From positions 48,796,001 to 48,860,000 of the forward strand of contig NC_045707.1 in the NCBI RefSeq assembly GCF_009834535.1: DNA of 64,000 bases, given 5' to 3'. The notes under the pieces are model-generated. The model was given only the letters and a program-made list of their open reading frames with translations. It was not told where the DNA came from and did no database searches. A program made the translations under genes and the position numbers. Positions 1 to 13,001 of this stretch are shown one piece after another (within the stretch, counting starts at the first letter, position 1; every line of letters begins with the position of its first letter). Source of the DNA: Camelus ferus. Taxonomy: Eukaryota.

Positions 1-749
1 TTCAAACCACCGTCTTCAATACTCGCCCAGACTAAGGCCCTTGTGTGCCATTTGGCCTTTCTGCTTCCTCTTGACCTTCTATTACCTACAATCACTACCA
101 TCCCAAAGCCTTGAATGAAAAATCCTAAATGCATATTATGGACTGTGATGCCCCACATGGACTGGTCATCATTACACGTCCAATGACAATTTGCATGCCG
201 CTTACCCACCAAGCTTTTACCATCTGCCCCTCATTCAAAAATTCTGAAACCTCTGCACTGAACACTCTTTGCTCCATTTCTTCACTTTTTCCTTCCCAGC
301 TGGGATATTTGTTTATCTAAGAAGGAGTCTTTTTCTGCCTTCCAATGCTTGTATTCTCTTTCACTGCATCTTATTGGCTGTTGTATTTTTATTTGTTTTT
401 GCATATTGTTTAATGTAAACACTTGTGTGAATATTAAGCTTTTATGAATAGTAAGCCTAGTTTTATATGTTTAACTTACAAAAATAAATCACTATATGCT
501 TGCATATGTTCTCAGTAATGTACTAACTCATTTAATACTCTTACCATTCCCCGTGATGGAGACAATTCATTCTGTTTTACAAAAGCTGAAAATGAGGTTT
601 CAAGAGTTTATATACATAGAGTTAGTTGCAGAGAAGATACCAGAGAGACAGAAGCAAAGACTCCCATCTCAGGGAATCTGTTGCTCCTATACACTGAAAC
701 ACCCCTCAAGTCACTCTCTTTCCTACATACTGAAAGTAGTGGATAGATA

Positions 750-950
750 ACAGTAATAGTAACTAATATTTATTGAGTGTTTACTGTCTGCAAGAAACTT
801 TTCTAAAAGTTTCACATACGTAATTCATTTAAGGTCACAAGTAAAGTTTTGTGAGCTAGGCACCATAACCTTTCCCATTTTAAAGATTAGCAAACTGAAT
901 TGCTCACGATCACACAGCAGATATGTTACAGAGCACTCTTAACTGCTAGA
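750..950 (-). mobile_element. MIR SINE fragment
   Basis: Reverse complement of the MIR 3' end and core (taatatttattgagtgtttactg...cccattttaaagattagcaaactga...cacacagc). A more decayed MIR probably lies at ~490-680. Confidence 0.7.
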
Positions 951-1589
951 ATGTTCTGAGTAAACACACACACACAGACTACTGCGGGGGTAGAAGGCAG
1001 AACGCCTTATGTTATCACTTTCCTATGTTTAGTTGTTATAATCTTGATGTACTTTCTTACTTTTGTCTTTGAAATGACTATTACACTTCTTCGTTATTTC
1101 TCTCCACTTAAATCTGGTCATATGTGTATAATCATGATAGATATAATGGTAGACACATTCAAACCATAGCATCTGGCAGACATGCTTCACATACAGTGGC
1201 TTGTGTCTGTCTTGTAAACTTTAGAGGACATGTCAGAGAAACTTCTAGGTTTGAACTTAAAAGAAAAAACTATAGTGTCATGAGCATGTTTCTTGTGCTT
1301 TACCTACTTTCATAAAAAATAAAGGGAAATTTAATTCTTACTGATCCTGTACAACAAAATTGAAATCCATATTACCACCATACATCATAGAATTGCATCT
1401 TCTATGTTTGGTTGGTTCAGTAATAAAGACAAGATAATCTGGAGAAAACTAGACCTGAAGAAAAGATTAAAAATAAATTCTTTTGAATTCCCTAATAGTT
1501 AGAGTGGGATCATATTCCACCATGATCCTGTCATGACTCAGAGTTCTCAAAGTTATTTAATTTATTTTTCTAGATTCAATCAGATATTC

Positions 1590-1800
1590 ACACTCACAAA
1601 AGACCACTTCGATAAATGCTAAGAAAACCTACCCTTGGATGTCAAAACACAGTATTTTAAAGATGTCAGCTTCTCCTAAGCTCAATTATAAAATCACTGT
1701 GATCACATTCAAATACAATCGTATTTTTTTTGCTATAACAAAATATAAATGAAAATCCATCTGAAAAATAGATAAGTTGGGAACCCCAAGGGATATTCTA
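1590..1800 (+). mobile_element. Ancient L1 ORF2 fragment
   Basis: aagatgtcagcttctcctaagctcaattataaaatc encodes KMSASPKLNYK, resembling the L1 ORF2 KMSILPKLIY motif; A-rich context. Confidence 0.5.
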
Positions 1801-2086
1801 AAAAAATGTTTTGTTCACTCAACAAGTATAGATGGAGGACCTGTGTCAAGCCTAATTTCCTCATTCTCATGGGGATAAAAAAGTTATAAAATACACTGCT
1901 AAAACGTAAACAAACAACCTAGAATTAATTTCAGAGAGTGGTAAATGGCAGGGAACAATGACAATGTTAAAGTAACAGAGAGTAAGTGAAAGAAGGTCGC
2001 TGACCCCCTAATTTGAGTGGTTAGAAAGCCTGTCTGAGGCAGTGGAGACCTATGTGACAAGTAGCCCACAATGAAAAGATCTTGGG

Positions 2087-4195
2087 GGGCAGTTCTCAAA
2101 GTGCGGATCATGAACCTCAAGAATTTCAGAGAGTCCACAACATAAAAAAATATTTTTATAATAACATTAAGATATTTTTTGCATGTTTCACATTATCTCA
2201 GAAATGAAAAGCAGTTTTCCAGAGGCTACATCACACAGGACATTGTCGCTCTGATGGTTAATAGACTACCTGCTTGTGTATTCTTGTGCTTTCTAGAATT
2301 TTCTATAGTCATAGGTTTAGAGTATAAATGTTCTTTCAGACATTAATTTACTTTTTTCTCAATAACAATAGTGTGTTCCTGCAATCTGTCTTCGTTTACA
2401 CCTGCTATCATTTCTCTGCTTGGCTATTTATTATTCAATGAATCATTATTTCACAATCTTTAAATTCTCTGTGTGTCTAGACAAGTGAGCAAAAAGAAGT
2501 AAATGTACTTTGTGGTCTTGTTTTGCAATAACACTTTAAACTTATTTTCAAAAATATTTCTAAATTTTAAAATTTTGTCTAAAACTGTTAGTATTTTGAT
2601 ATGATGTTTTATTCTATAAAATAAAAATCAATATATTTTTCTTGTATTTCAAGGTGGCTCATTGTTGTTAACAAGGGACATGCAAGGCTTTTTCTCAATC
2701 CACAGCTGCACTGCCCCAGATTGACATATCAGAGCATTCTCTAAGTCATGGGAAGAAGTAACCCACTCCAAAGGAGGTGAGTAAAAATGGAAATAAGCAA
2801 CAAAAATATGATGAAAACCATATTATATCTTGGTTTTATAGATATCACTAACTTGTTTTGTCTTATGCAACAGAACATTTTAGATAGTTTCATGGTATCA
2901 ATTGAGTTGTGGCATCATTTGGAGACCAATTAATCAAAGTTCAAAGAAAAATGAACCAAATATTTAACAGTAGATGTGAGAAACTCTAAACATCAAAAAT
3001 GGTTGACTGTATCTTTTAAACTAGAAAGGAAAAGCCACTGAGCATTTTACTGGAAAAAGCATATTGCATGGGCTGAGAGGTACACACAAAAGCTGATATA
3101 TGAAGGTGACATTGCTGAATGCCTGCTGGATGGAAAGTCAGTGAAAGAAATCATAGTGAGCCACTTTCCAATGATGCAGTGAGTCATCCAGATAAAGATT
3201 TATCCAAAACAGGAAGACTGAGTTAATATCATATCTTCTTACTTGTACTTTTGCCTTAAAAATGGACAATCTATAGACGACTCTGCCTGAACTAGCTACT
3301 TTCTAATGGACTATTATTTTTAAGTGAAAATGTGACTTATACAAAATATGGTTTGTCTAATTGGGGTGTTTCACACATATAGTCTCAAAAAACAAAATGC
3401 ATCTTTCACTTTAAGGAAAATAACTGACAATAGCTGACAAAATTCAACTCTCAAGCAGAACTTAGAACTTTAGAAATCAGTGTAAAAAATGTTCTTTGAT
3501 ACGATTTCAAGTTCTACATTACACAGAACCTTTCAAAAACTACCACTTTTTGAGGCTGGATCTTTTCATTAAAGAAGAACATTTGACAAAACAGAAACAG
3601 GCTCAGAGACATAGTAAACAAACTGATGGTTACCAGGGGAGAGGAGGTGGGAGGGAATAAACTGCGAGTTCGAGATTTGCAAATGCTAACTAGTATATAT
3701 AAAATAGGTATAAAACAAATTTCTTCTGTATAGCACAGGGAACTATATTCAATATCTTGTAGTAACCTATAGTGAAAAAGAACTTGGAAACAATTATATG
3801 TACATATATGTATGACTGAAACACTATGGGGTACACACCAGAAATTGACACATTGTAACTGACTATACTTCAATTAAAAAAATAATAAAGAAGAGTAATT
3901 GAAATTATTTTTAAAAATATGGTAATGTACTTATTTTCCCAAGTAAATATCTGAGTGAGACAAGATTTTCTACACATGTATCAAACACAGCAACTACTAC
4001 AACAGATGGAACAAAGAAGCAGCTATAAGAATCCGGTTCTTGTCTATTAAGCCATTTATTTATTAAATAGATTTGCAAAAGTATAAAATAATTTCTCTCC
4101 TCTCACTACATATATTTTGGAAAATATAGGCATTTTATAAAAATATTACTTATGTTAACACACAATGAATTCATTATTGTTATCTGAAGGAATAA
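2087..4195 (+). mobile_element. Charlie1-family hAT DNA transposon fossil with transposase remnants (interrupted by an L1 tail at 3579-3885)
   Basis: The 5' end (gcagttctcaaagtgcgg...ttttccagaggctacat) and the 3' part (acaacagatgg..agaagcagctataagaatcc..tctattaagcc..gatttgcaaaa) match the recalled Charlie1 consensus. Internal decayed transposase motifs: KYDEN, LCNRTF..LWHHLETN (BED finger-like), DIAECLL..PLSNDAV, ADKIQ. Confidence 0.8.
3579..3885 (+). mobile_element. 5'-truncated L1 3' UTR (cetartiodactyl-type), relatively young
   Basis: Typical L1 tail (ctgtatagcacagggaactatattcaatatcttgtagtaacctata...cttcaattaaaaaaa). TSD taaagaaga at 3570-3578 and 3886-3894, at a TT/AAAG endonuclease-like site. 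Confidence 0.9.
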
Positions 4196-4269
4196 AGACA
4201 AGAGACTCGCACTACCAAATATTATTTAATAAATAAAGCTTGAACAATGAGATCACAGAAATTTTAAGC

Positions 4270-4900
4270 TTGATCATATCCAAAATTCATGAATGAGTGG
4301 TGGAAATATATCCTCATATACCATTGATGGGAGTGATAATCAGAACAACAATTAGACAATAACTTCAAAGTCTTAAAATGTGAATGCACTTTTCTCCAGA
4401 AATTTCACTTTTGGAATTTTTCTAAAGCTATATTGCACTAGCACACAAAATTTGCTCAACACAGCATTAAATGTTATAACAATTAAATAGTGAAAACAAC
4501 AAACAGAAAACACTGAAGCCACTGAAATGCTTGCCACTGAGCAAAAAAATAAGTAATTTTTGATATACCCATTCAATAGTGTGCTCTGTAACTAAATAAA
4601 ATATGATGCAGAGATACATGTGTTAATAAGACAAAATTAGATAAATAGTCTAGGTGAAAAGTGCAAGGCATATAGGATAAAAGAGAGAGAGAGAGAAATA
4701 AATTTTGTTGAGTATACAGAATGTGTGTGAAATACTTGGAGTAATAAAATTTAAAACAATGATTACTTCTGGGGAGTGAGATTAGAAAGTCAGTTAGGTG
4801 AGAGATTATTTCACATTTAACTTTATATCCTTGTATGCTGTTAAATGTTTCAGCATGTTATACCATTCACATATATTATTTTTACAATGCAAACAAGTTA
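4270..4900 (+). mobile_element. Ancient L1M(E) 3' fragment
   Basis: Decayed ORF2 C-terminus and 3' UTR-like motifs (cctcatataccattgatgggagtg, aatttcacttttggaattttt, aatgattacttctggggagtg). Confidence 0.5.
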
Positions 4901-5192
4901 ATGTAAAAATATAATAAACTCTATTATTCATAATTCTAAAAATATTTTTTTCAGGTAAGATGCCAAGAGAAATGGAAGCAACTGGAGAATGAGTTTAAAA
5001 ATATACATCCATATGCATATAAGGACTCTGAAGATGAAAGATAGTTCCATGGTTCATAAGAAATGCTAAAATTATGAATGGTATTAATATTGATGTGTGG
5101 GAAGAAAAAAATTAGAATCGGATCCTTTACTACCTGATTTGAAAACATAAACCACCTATTAAAACAGTGTTTTGATTTAAAATATGCCTGTT

Positions 5193-6119
5193 GACATACA
5201 AATGGCCAGAAAGCACATGAAAAAAAATTGCTCAATACCACTAATTATCAAAGAAATGAAAATCAAAACTACAATGAGTCATCACCTCACACTGGTCAGA
5301 ATGGCCATTATTAAAAAGTCCATAAATAATAAATGCTGGAGATGGTGTGGAGAAAAGGGAACCCTCCTACACTGTTGGTGGGAATGTAGTTTGGTGCAGC
5401 CATTTATGGAAAACAGTATGGAGATTCCTTAAAAACCTAAAAATAGACTTAACTATATGATCCAGCAATCCCACTCCTGGGCATATATCTGGAGGAAATT
5501 TTATTTCAGAAAGATACATGCACCCCAATGTTCATAGCAGCACTATGTCCAATAGCCAAGACATGGAAGCAACCTAAGTGTCCATCGACAGATGACTGGA
5601 TAAAGAAGTTGTGGTATATTTATATAGTGGACTACTACTCAGCCATAAAAATAATAAAATAATGCCATTTGTGGCAACATGGATGGACCTGGAGATTGTC
5701 ATACTAAGTGAAGTAAGTCTGAAAGAGAAAAGAAAATATCATATGATATCACTTATATGTGGAATCTAGAAAAATGACACAAATGAACTTATTTACAAAA
5801 TGGAGACAGACTCACAGTCAGAGAAAACAAACTTATGGTTACCAGAGCGGGAGAAGGGGTAGGGAGGGATAAATTGGGAGTTTGGGATTCACAGATACTA
5901 ACTACTATATATAAAATAGATCAACAACAAGGTCCTACTTCTGTATAGCACAGGAACTATATTCAATACCTTGTAATAGCCTATGATGAAAAAGAATGTG
6001 AAAAGAAATATGAATATATATGTACAACTGAATCACTATGCTATACACCAGACACTAATACAACATTGTAAATCAGCTATACTTCAATTAAAAATAAATA
6101 AGTAAATAAATAAATAAAT
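5193..6119 (+). mobile_element. 5'-truncated L1 (ORF2 C-terminus + 3' UTR + A-rich tail)
   Basis: ORF 5184-5432 reads [50 protein letters not shown] (L1 ORF2 Cys-rich domain). (TAAA)n tail; degenerate TSD aaaatatgcctgttga (5179-5194) / aaaatgtgtccattga (6120-6135). Confidence 0.95.
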
Positions 6120-9100
6120 AAAATGTGTCCATTGAGATAAGCACAATAGACAGATTCAGTACAGCCAATCTGAAAAATAAAATTCCATTGCATGTGATAG
6201 CACTTTGCAAAGTATAAGAGAAAGCAAAGTTTCATTGTAATATTAAAAAATAACAACTACATTATAATTATAGTAGAACTTAATACAGTTAATTAAAATG
6301 ACATTATAAAATAACATTTAATGATATAGAAAAGTATTCACAACTTACTGTTACGTGAAAACAATTACAAAACTATAAGCATAATGTTCTCATATTTTTT
6401 GTGAGAACCAACATGTCTGTTGTGTGTGTGGTTGCACACTCACACCCTAAGACAAGACACCAAAAGATGGTTATCTCTAGGCTAGAATATTAATTTTCAT
6501 TTTTCCCCCTGTAAGTATTCTCCAAATGTGCTAAAACTCTTGTTTTCCCCTGCACATTCTAAATGTGCTAAAACAAACAATCTTTATGACACTTATACTA
6601 AAAGAAGAGTCAAGTTTGAAACCCCAATGTATAAAATGGTAAGAACAGAACTTTCTCCTTTACCAGCAGAAAACTGTCATTATATTTACCCTATTCTATG
6701 TTCTCAGATGACTTCCCTTATCCACGTAGATAGATGCACAGTCATACATCACTACATACACAGAGCACAGGGAAACATGGAACACCATTCATCACCACAA
6801 AGGGAAAACAAAGTTGCACTTTGTTTGGATGGAGTACTGGTAACACATTGGCTTTAACTCTTCAGGTGAGAAGAAAAGACCTGTTGCAGAACTTGGGGAA
6901 TTGGTTTCATAGAACCCATTGATTAGATGATCTCTGAGATTCATTCCAAATCTGTGGTTCTGTGACTCCATGAATAACTAAAATAGCTATAAAATAGTAA
7001 GCATTTAAATGCATTAATCACATATTATGCCAAGCCCTACACCAGTGGCTTTATACACGTTTCCTTTAATGCTCATAAGTTTTCCTACGGAAATCATCAC
7101 ACCCATTGTAAAGATGACATTAAAGTTATCAAGATTACATAATTTTTTCATTTTCACTTCTGGTAGGTTGCTTGAGAAAGTCTCTAATCTGTATCTCTCT
7201 TTCCACAAAGTCTGGGCTGTTTACTACTTTCCAACTACTACTTCTCTGTCATACTTTTACAGAATGGTTGACAGAGGGAACAGTCAAGTTGTGGTGAGCC
7301 TGAGGGCTCTGAGAAGTCCCGGGTTGGATTCAGAACCAGGAGGGTGAAATAGAATGTCCCTCACTATCTTTGCTGGTTTCAGGTAACAGAGGGAATCTAG
7401 TTGGTGGGCTGAGGGGAAAACTTAAGTCATTTTAACACAGATTCTGATGAAATCTCCATGACCCATTACCACAAAGGACCTGATCTCCACTCACCAGGAT
7501 GGAAAGCTCAGATCTCACCCAGAAAGTCTAAAATGTGCCTGTGGAAGTGTGCGTAACTTTGAATGTGTAATGCACAAAGAAACTACTGCTCAGCTAATTT
7601 TTTTTCCATTTTAAAAAACTATTACCAAGTTAATATTTCAGCTTTTCCTCAACAAATAATAATAGTGCCTATAAAATATTTTAAACTGATTGAATTAACT
7701 AACTTGTCTCAGCGCCATCCTATCCAACCTTTTTCCAATGGGTGAAGATGCTCATGATTTTGTTCTTCCATTTACTTGTTAGGTGACTTTTAGCAAATTA
7801 TTTAGACTTTCTGAGTCTCCATTTTTACTTCTTTGAAAATGTGATAATAATATCTATACGGATTTTAAAGCACAAAATTTAAATTTAGAAATATGTGAAA
7901 ATTCTGAGGAAAAAAGCATGGAAAAAAGTAGATACATCATAAATATTAATTTAATTTCTTTCTAATGGCCAAAGAAATATGCTTTAAAATACACAACATT
8001 ATCCAATTTTTGGTCTCACAGAACTAATTTTATAGAAAAAAAGTATACATGGACAGTATCAGTTTCACAAAAAGCTCAGTCCAATTTAATACATTTAAAC
8101 TCTATTGCAGGCACCACAACACATTTATTGCTTCATAAAGAAAAGTCCTTGGAGTAACTAACTGGAATTTTTCAAATGAAATCTCAGATTATAGAATTTG
8201 ACACACTTAAAGTTAATGCTTAGAATTGTTTTAACTATCTTCTGACAATGAATCACCTCATTATGTGTGATGGGTCTGTCTGTCTGTTTTTTTTTTTTTT
8301 TCTTGATTTCTTGTAAGTATTCATGTCCTCTATTATTAAACTGAAGCCTTTCTAAAATTTTCTTTAAATGTTACGCTATGAATCACCTTACAGTTCTATG
8401 AATTACTTTCAAGAAGATTATCTTTTGTTTAACAGTTCTCTGACAAAAATGAGGCATTTATTCTAATATTAATTTTTCAGATAAATGCATTAGTAGTCAT
8501 AGAGTTAAGTGACTTTCAACCAGTCTCCTAGCTAAAAAGTAACATATTTAAATTATTTTAAAAGGGAAAAATCTTACCATGTGGCAACTTAAAAGTAGCT
8601 GATTCTAAGAGTTCTTATAAACATGAGGAAATGAAAATTTTGGGGAAAAATCCTACAAATAAAGCTGATACAATCACAAAATGGAATAGACAAGGAATTG
8701 AGTAGATCTCTCATTTTCTAGAAGCATGCATCAGGAAATGATAAGGAAAGATATATCAAACCAGGCCTTTGGGAGATTACAATTAAGCATAACTTTTACG
8801 TTTGAAAGAAAAATATTGCTAGCATGCAATGACAGAGTGAAAAATTATTACTTTGTGATATTTTTAGTATACATTTTTTTCATGTTCTTTTATGCTTTTT
8901 GGCAGTAAGCTATAGAATACTATCCCCAAGTGAGGTTTTGGATGAATTCCTAAATTAAATCCACAAAATAAGAAACAGGCAGAATATTACTGATTGGTTC
9001 CAGACCTGAATAGCATAAAACGAGTCTGCTTAACATAAGCAAACTGAAAATGTTGGTATTTATCATTTGTATCAGAGGATACATGAAACATTTTAATATT

Positions 9101-9554
9101 TTAGAAACTAACGTGTTTCCCTCTTGACCAAAAATTTAGTTTGTCCAAGTAAATCAATATAGATTTCAAGGGTAATGAGCAAAGAAGGATTCAATTCCTC
9201 TGAGTCGGCTCACTTGCATTTTCCGGAAATTGTTCATTCTCTTTATGATTTATGAGACCTTTAGATGGACATGGTATTTGGCTGAGAGAATTGCATTTAA
9301 TTGCTGCCACAGCTATGGAAGGAGAGGGCTCTGTAAGAGAAATGTTCTCACTGTAGATGTCTCACTTGCAGCAGAACTCCAGTTCTGGTTAAAAGCTATG
9401 GTATTTGGGCTAGTTAAGCATGTATCTCTCTCTCTTATTCCATAGGGACTGAGCTGGGCTGTCCTTGCTCACCAAGTCCACCTGCACTTCGTTAGAGAGC
9501 GGGGTGTTCCATGCCACACCACAAGAACCCCACAATGACATAACTCCATTCAGA

Positions 9555-9640
9555 GACTGGCGTGACTGGGCTGGGTTTCCCTCCCCCCCTCCGCTCTTGT
9601 ATCACTAAGAATCTGGCAGCCAGTTCCGTCCTGACAGAGT
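9555..9640 (+). promoter_or_regulatory. LUM: LUM core promoter (GC/C-rich boxes and TATCA element at 9600-9604)
   Basis: ggcgtgactgggctggg...ctccccccctccgc followed by TATCA just upstream of the exon-1 sequence. A non-canonical TATCA box and a GC box are recalled for the human LUM promoter; exact TSS cannot be read from sequence. Confidence 0.6.
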
Positions 9641-9718
9641 TTACAGCATATATTGGTGGATTCTTGTCCATAGTGCATCTGCTTTAAGAATTAACGAAAG
9701 CAGTGTCAAGACAGTAAG
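9641..9718 (+). other. LUM: LUM exon 1 (non-coding 5' UTR; start approximate)
   Basis: Resembles the recalled mammalian LUM 5' UTR (..gtgcatctgctttaagaattaacgaaagcagtgtcaagacagtaag); strong donor AAG|GTAAGC at 9718/9719. Confidence 0.8.
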
Positions 9719-11877
9719 GTAAGCGCTGTTTTAACTATAGCACTGGGGATGCTGACTGTTTGGGACAGTGTTTATTGTAACAGGGACAGGAAAAATTCCA
9801 GAGCTATTCAACAGCAAATCCACAATTTTGAGCATTTACTTTCACATTTTGCTTAATATACTTTCCATGATTTATGGATTTGGATAAATTTTATACAGTA
9901 TTTACTGCATTGCTTAGCAAAGGAAGTTATAAAAAGTTTCATTGTTGGAATGACAACACTAGACACAGTGAAAAAGTATGGCATTTAAAATGTTTGCTAT
10001 TTTATGCTATTTAGCTATTTGTGTTAGTATTATTAGAAGCTAACTTTGGAGCAAAGAAAGGCCATTTTAATCAGTATTCAAAATATTTTGCAACAAGTAT
10101 GTTGTTATCTTTTGTTACAATTTGCCATAAACATTTTGTGTTGTTATAAAATGTGAGCTAAAGGATTTAGACATTTATGAATTTTTTATTTCTATTTTGT
10201 TAATTTAATAGATTTGGGTTTTGGATGTATGTCTTAAGAAACAGAAACATGTTTTAAAAAAAAACTCTGGGAAACATGATTTACTTTTTGAGGAAAAAAA
10301 AAAGCATTTCCTTCATAGCCACAGGTATTTGAAAAGACTTGGGAAAAGTAAAGTGTGTTTTTGCTTCATAGTGGAGTCATTATACAGTTACAAACTCTCT
10401 TTGAATTCAGAGTCCTTGTTTTCACTCTGCCAAAAAATATGGAAGCATTTTTCATTACTAGTCAATACTCACATTATAGTTACCATGTCTATTTTGGTGT
10501 ATACTGAATTAAAATAAGGTGGAAGCTTATTAATGAAGCAAGACAAATCCTTACAACATTAACATACTGTAACTTATGAAGGATTTTATAATTATGTTAG
10601 CACTCTGTAATTGTTCTCATGGCTAAGTCCTGTCAACTAAATTAAATGACTCCATCATAATATTAGAGAATAATTTACTAAGAATCTGGCTACATGTTAC
10701 ATTACATCAGTCATCAGAGTGATTCTGACCTTTTGAGTGTTTCATCTGCTAGAATAAAGTGCCTTATAATTTCAAGCTAAAGCAAAGCAAAGATGTTTAA
10801 AATTCCTGAGAGTAGAAAATCCTGCTAACCCACGTTACCTAGACCCAAAAGCTTGTACCATGTTTCTCGCTGGAAGAGATCTGACTTTATGGTATCTATT
10901 GGAATGTGATTTCTGCTTCGCATTCACGATTTCCCTCCCAGGGTTACCAACTTCTCAGCTGTAATCCTTCATTCTACAAAAGCCCAACTCTGATATCCTG
11001 TTTCCCTTTACCTAAACTGCTGACCCTCTGCTTCAAGCAACTGAATATGTACTTCATTGAACCCCACCTTAGAAACAAGTTCCTATGAGAAGATCACTGT
11101 CACGAAGTGTTTTTAAATTACCTTCTCAATTTTATCCTTTCCTACATGGCTCTTAGTCACTTTTTAATACAGACTTTCCTCAATTTCCACATCTCTCCCA
11201 CTTCCACTCTGTGAGAGAACTAAAATCCAGATAAATGAATCCTGCCTTCTTAAATTTTAACATGAAGAAAGTAGACAACTTGTGAGTTATTGAGAGAAAG
11301 GAAAACTTTCATTCAAAATTTTGAAAAGAATGTCATTCTCTACCAGTGGAATTTTTTCTCAGTGTAAACATTTTTAGAGTTTGTCACATTTCCTTGATTA
11401 AAAAACATTAGCTTTACTAACACTAATATATTAAATGTTAATTTTGGAACACAGTTTTGTAATGTGCTTAAAAGTATAGCATGTCACACAAAAGTTGAAA
11501 TAATACTTACACCCCCACCAGGAATTCTGTTTCCCTTCCTCCGAATCAACAATAAAGACATTTTTAAAGGAACGTGCCCCCCGCCCCGACCTTCCCCACC
11601 ACACACACATAAGAACAGCTTTTCTCCAGACAAAATCACAGACTGCCCATGTTCCCAGTTAGGATCTGTCTAATGAGACATTTTAATGATGTTGAATAGC
11701 AGGGTAGAAGGTACAGTTTACAACTGTCTTCTCATATTTGTTTCTTCTGGTTGAAGGCTGTTCTGCAGCAATGTTCTAACATGGTGGTTAATAGGCATGT
11801 CCCAGAAACCTCTTGGGAAAGATATTTAATTAAGGACCTAGAGAGGTTGACTGCAACAACCTCTCTGGCTGGCTCGC

Positions 11878-11891
11878 CCAGAAGGGGGCGC
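11878..11891 (+). promoter_or_regulatory. Candidate CTCF site in LUM intron 1
   Basis: CCAGAAGGGGGCGC matches CCASYAGRKGGCRC at 13/14 positions; several CpGs are retained locally in AT-rich DNA. Confidence 0.45.
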
Positions 11892-12136
11892 CAGTGTATA
11901 CAGTCTGCCCTGGAACCTGGTCACCTCTCCATACGTTGCAAGCGTACATCCTTACCTTAATACTTAAACACAAATTAAAAAGACATCATTAGTGCACTTA
12001 AAAAAGCATGAAAAAATAATAAGATACACATTTGCTAATGTACTGTTTTTCTTCTCAATTATATTTTTTCCTGAAAGTATGCTATTTTGTAATAACACGT
12101 TTCCACTTTATTTAGGAGTCAAAACATTTGCCAAAA

Positions 12137-13001
12137 ATGAATCTAGGTGTGTTTACTCTCCTCTTGGCATTAGTTGGTGGTGCCAATGGCTACTACTATG
12201 AAGATTACGATTTCCCCCTATCGATATATGGGAGGTCATCACCAAACTGTGCACCAGAATGTAACTGCCCTGAAAGTTATCCATCCGCCATGTATTGCGA
12301 TGAGCTGAAACTGAAAAGCGTGCCAATGGTGCCTCCTGGCATCAAGTACCTTTACCTTCGGAATAACCAAATTGACCATATTGATGACAAGGCCTTTGAA
12401 AATGTAACTGATCTGCAGTGGCTCATTCTGGATCATAACCTTCTAGAAAATTCCAAGATAAAAGGAAGAGTTTTCTCTAAACTGAAACAACTGAAGAAGC
12501 TGCATATAAATTACAACAATCTGACAGAGTCTGTGGGCCCCCTTCCCAAGTCTCTGGTGGACCTGCAGCTCACAAACAACAAGATCTCGAAGCTTGGCTC
12601 CCTCGATGGACTGGTTAACCTGACCTTCATCCACCTTCAGCACAATCAGTTGAAAGAGGATACTGTTTCAGCTGCCTTTAAAGGTCTTAAGGGACTCGAG
12701 TACCTTGATCTGAGCTTCAATCAGATGACCAAACTGCCTTCTGGTCTCCCAGTATCTCTTCTAACTCTCTACTTGGACAACAACAAGATCAGCAACATCC
12801 CTGATGAGTATTTCAAGCGTTTTAATGGGCTGCAGTATCTGCGTTTGTCTCATAACGAACTGGCTGATAGTGGGATACCTGGAAATTCTTTCAATTTATC
12901 ATCCCTGTTGGAGCTGGACCTCTCCTATAATAAGCTTAAAAATATACCGACTGTCAATGAAAACCTCGAAAACTACTACCTGGAGGTCAATGAACTTGAA
13001 A
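12137..13001 (+). CDS. LUM: Lumican, coding part of exon 2 (exon starts 12116; aa 1-288 + 1 nt)
   Basis: Acceptor tttag|G at 12115/12116; ATG 12137; signal peptide MNLGVFTLLLALVGGANG; class II SLRP Cys cluster CX3CXCX9C (CAPECNCPESYPSAMYC); LRRs; four sequons NVT, NLT, NLT, NLS; phase-1 donor A|GTAAGT at 13001/13002. Confidence 0.98.

Noticed and set aside
12128..12136. TTG start (MPK) for lumican
   Set aside because: Artefact of alternative-start ORF calling; ATG 12137 begins the signal peptide.
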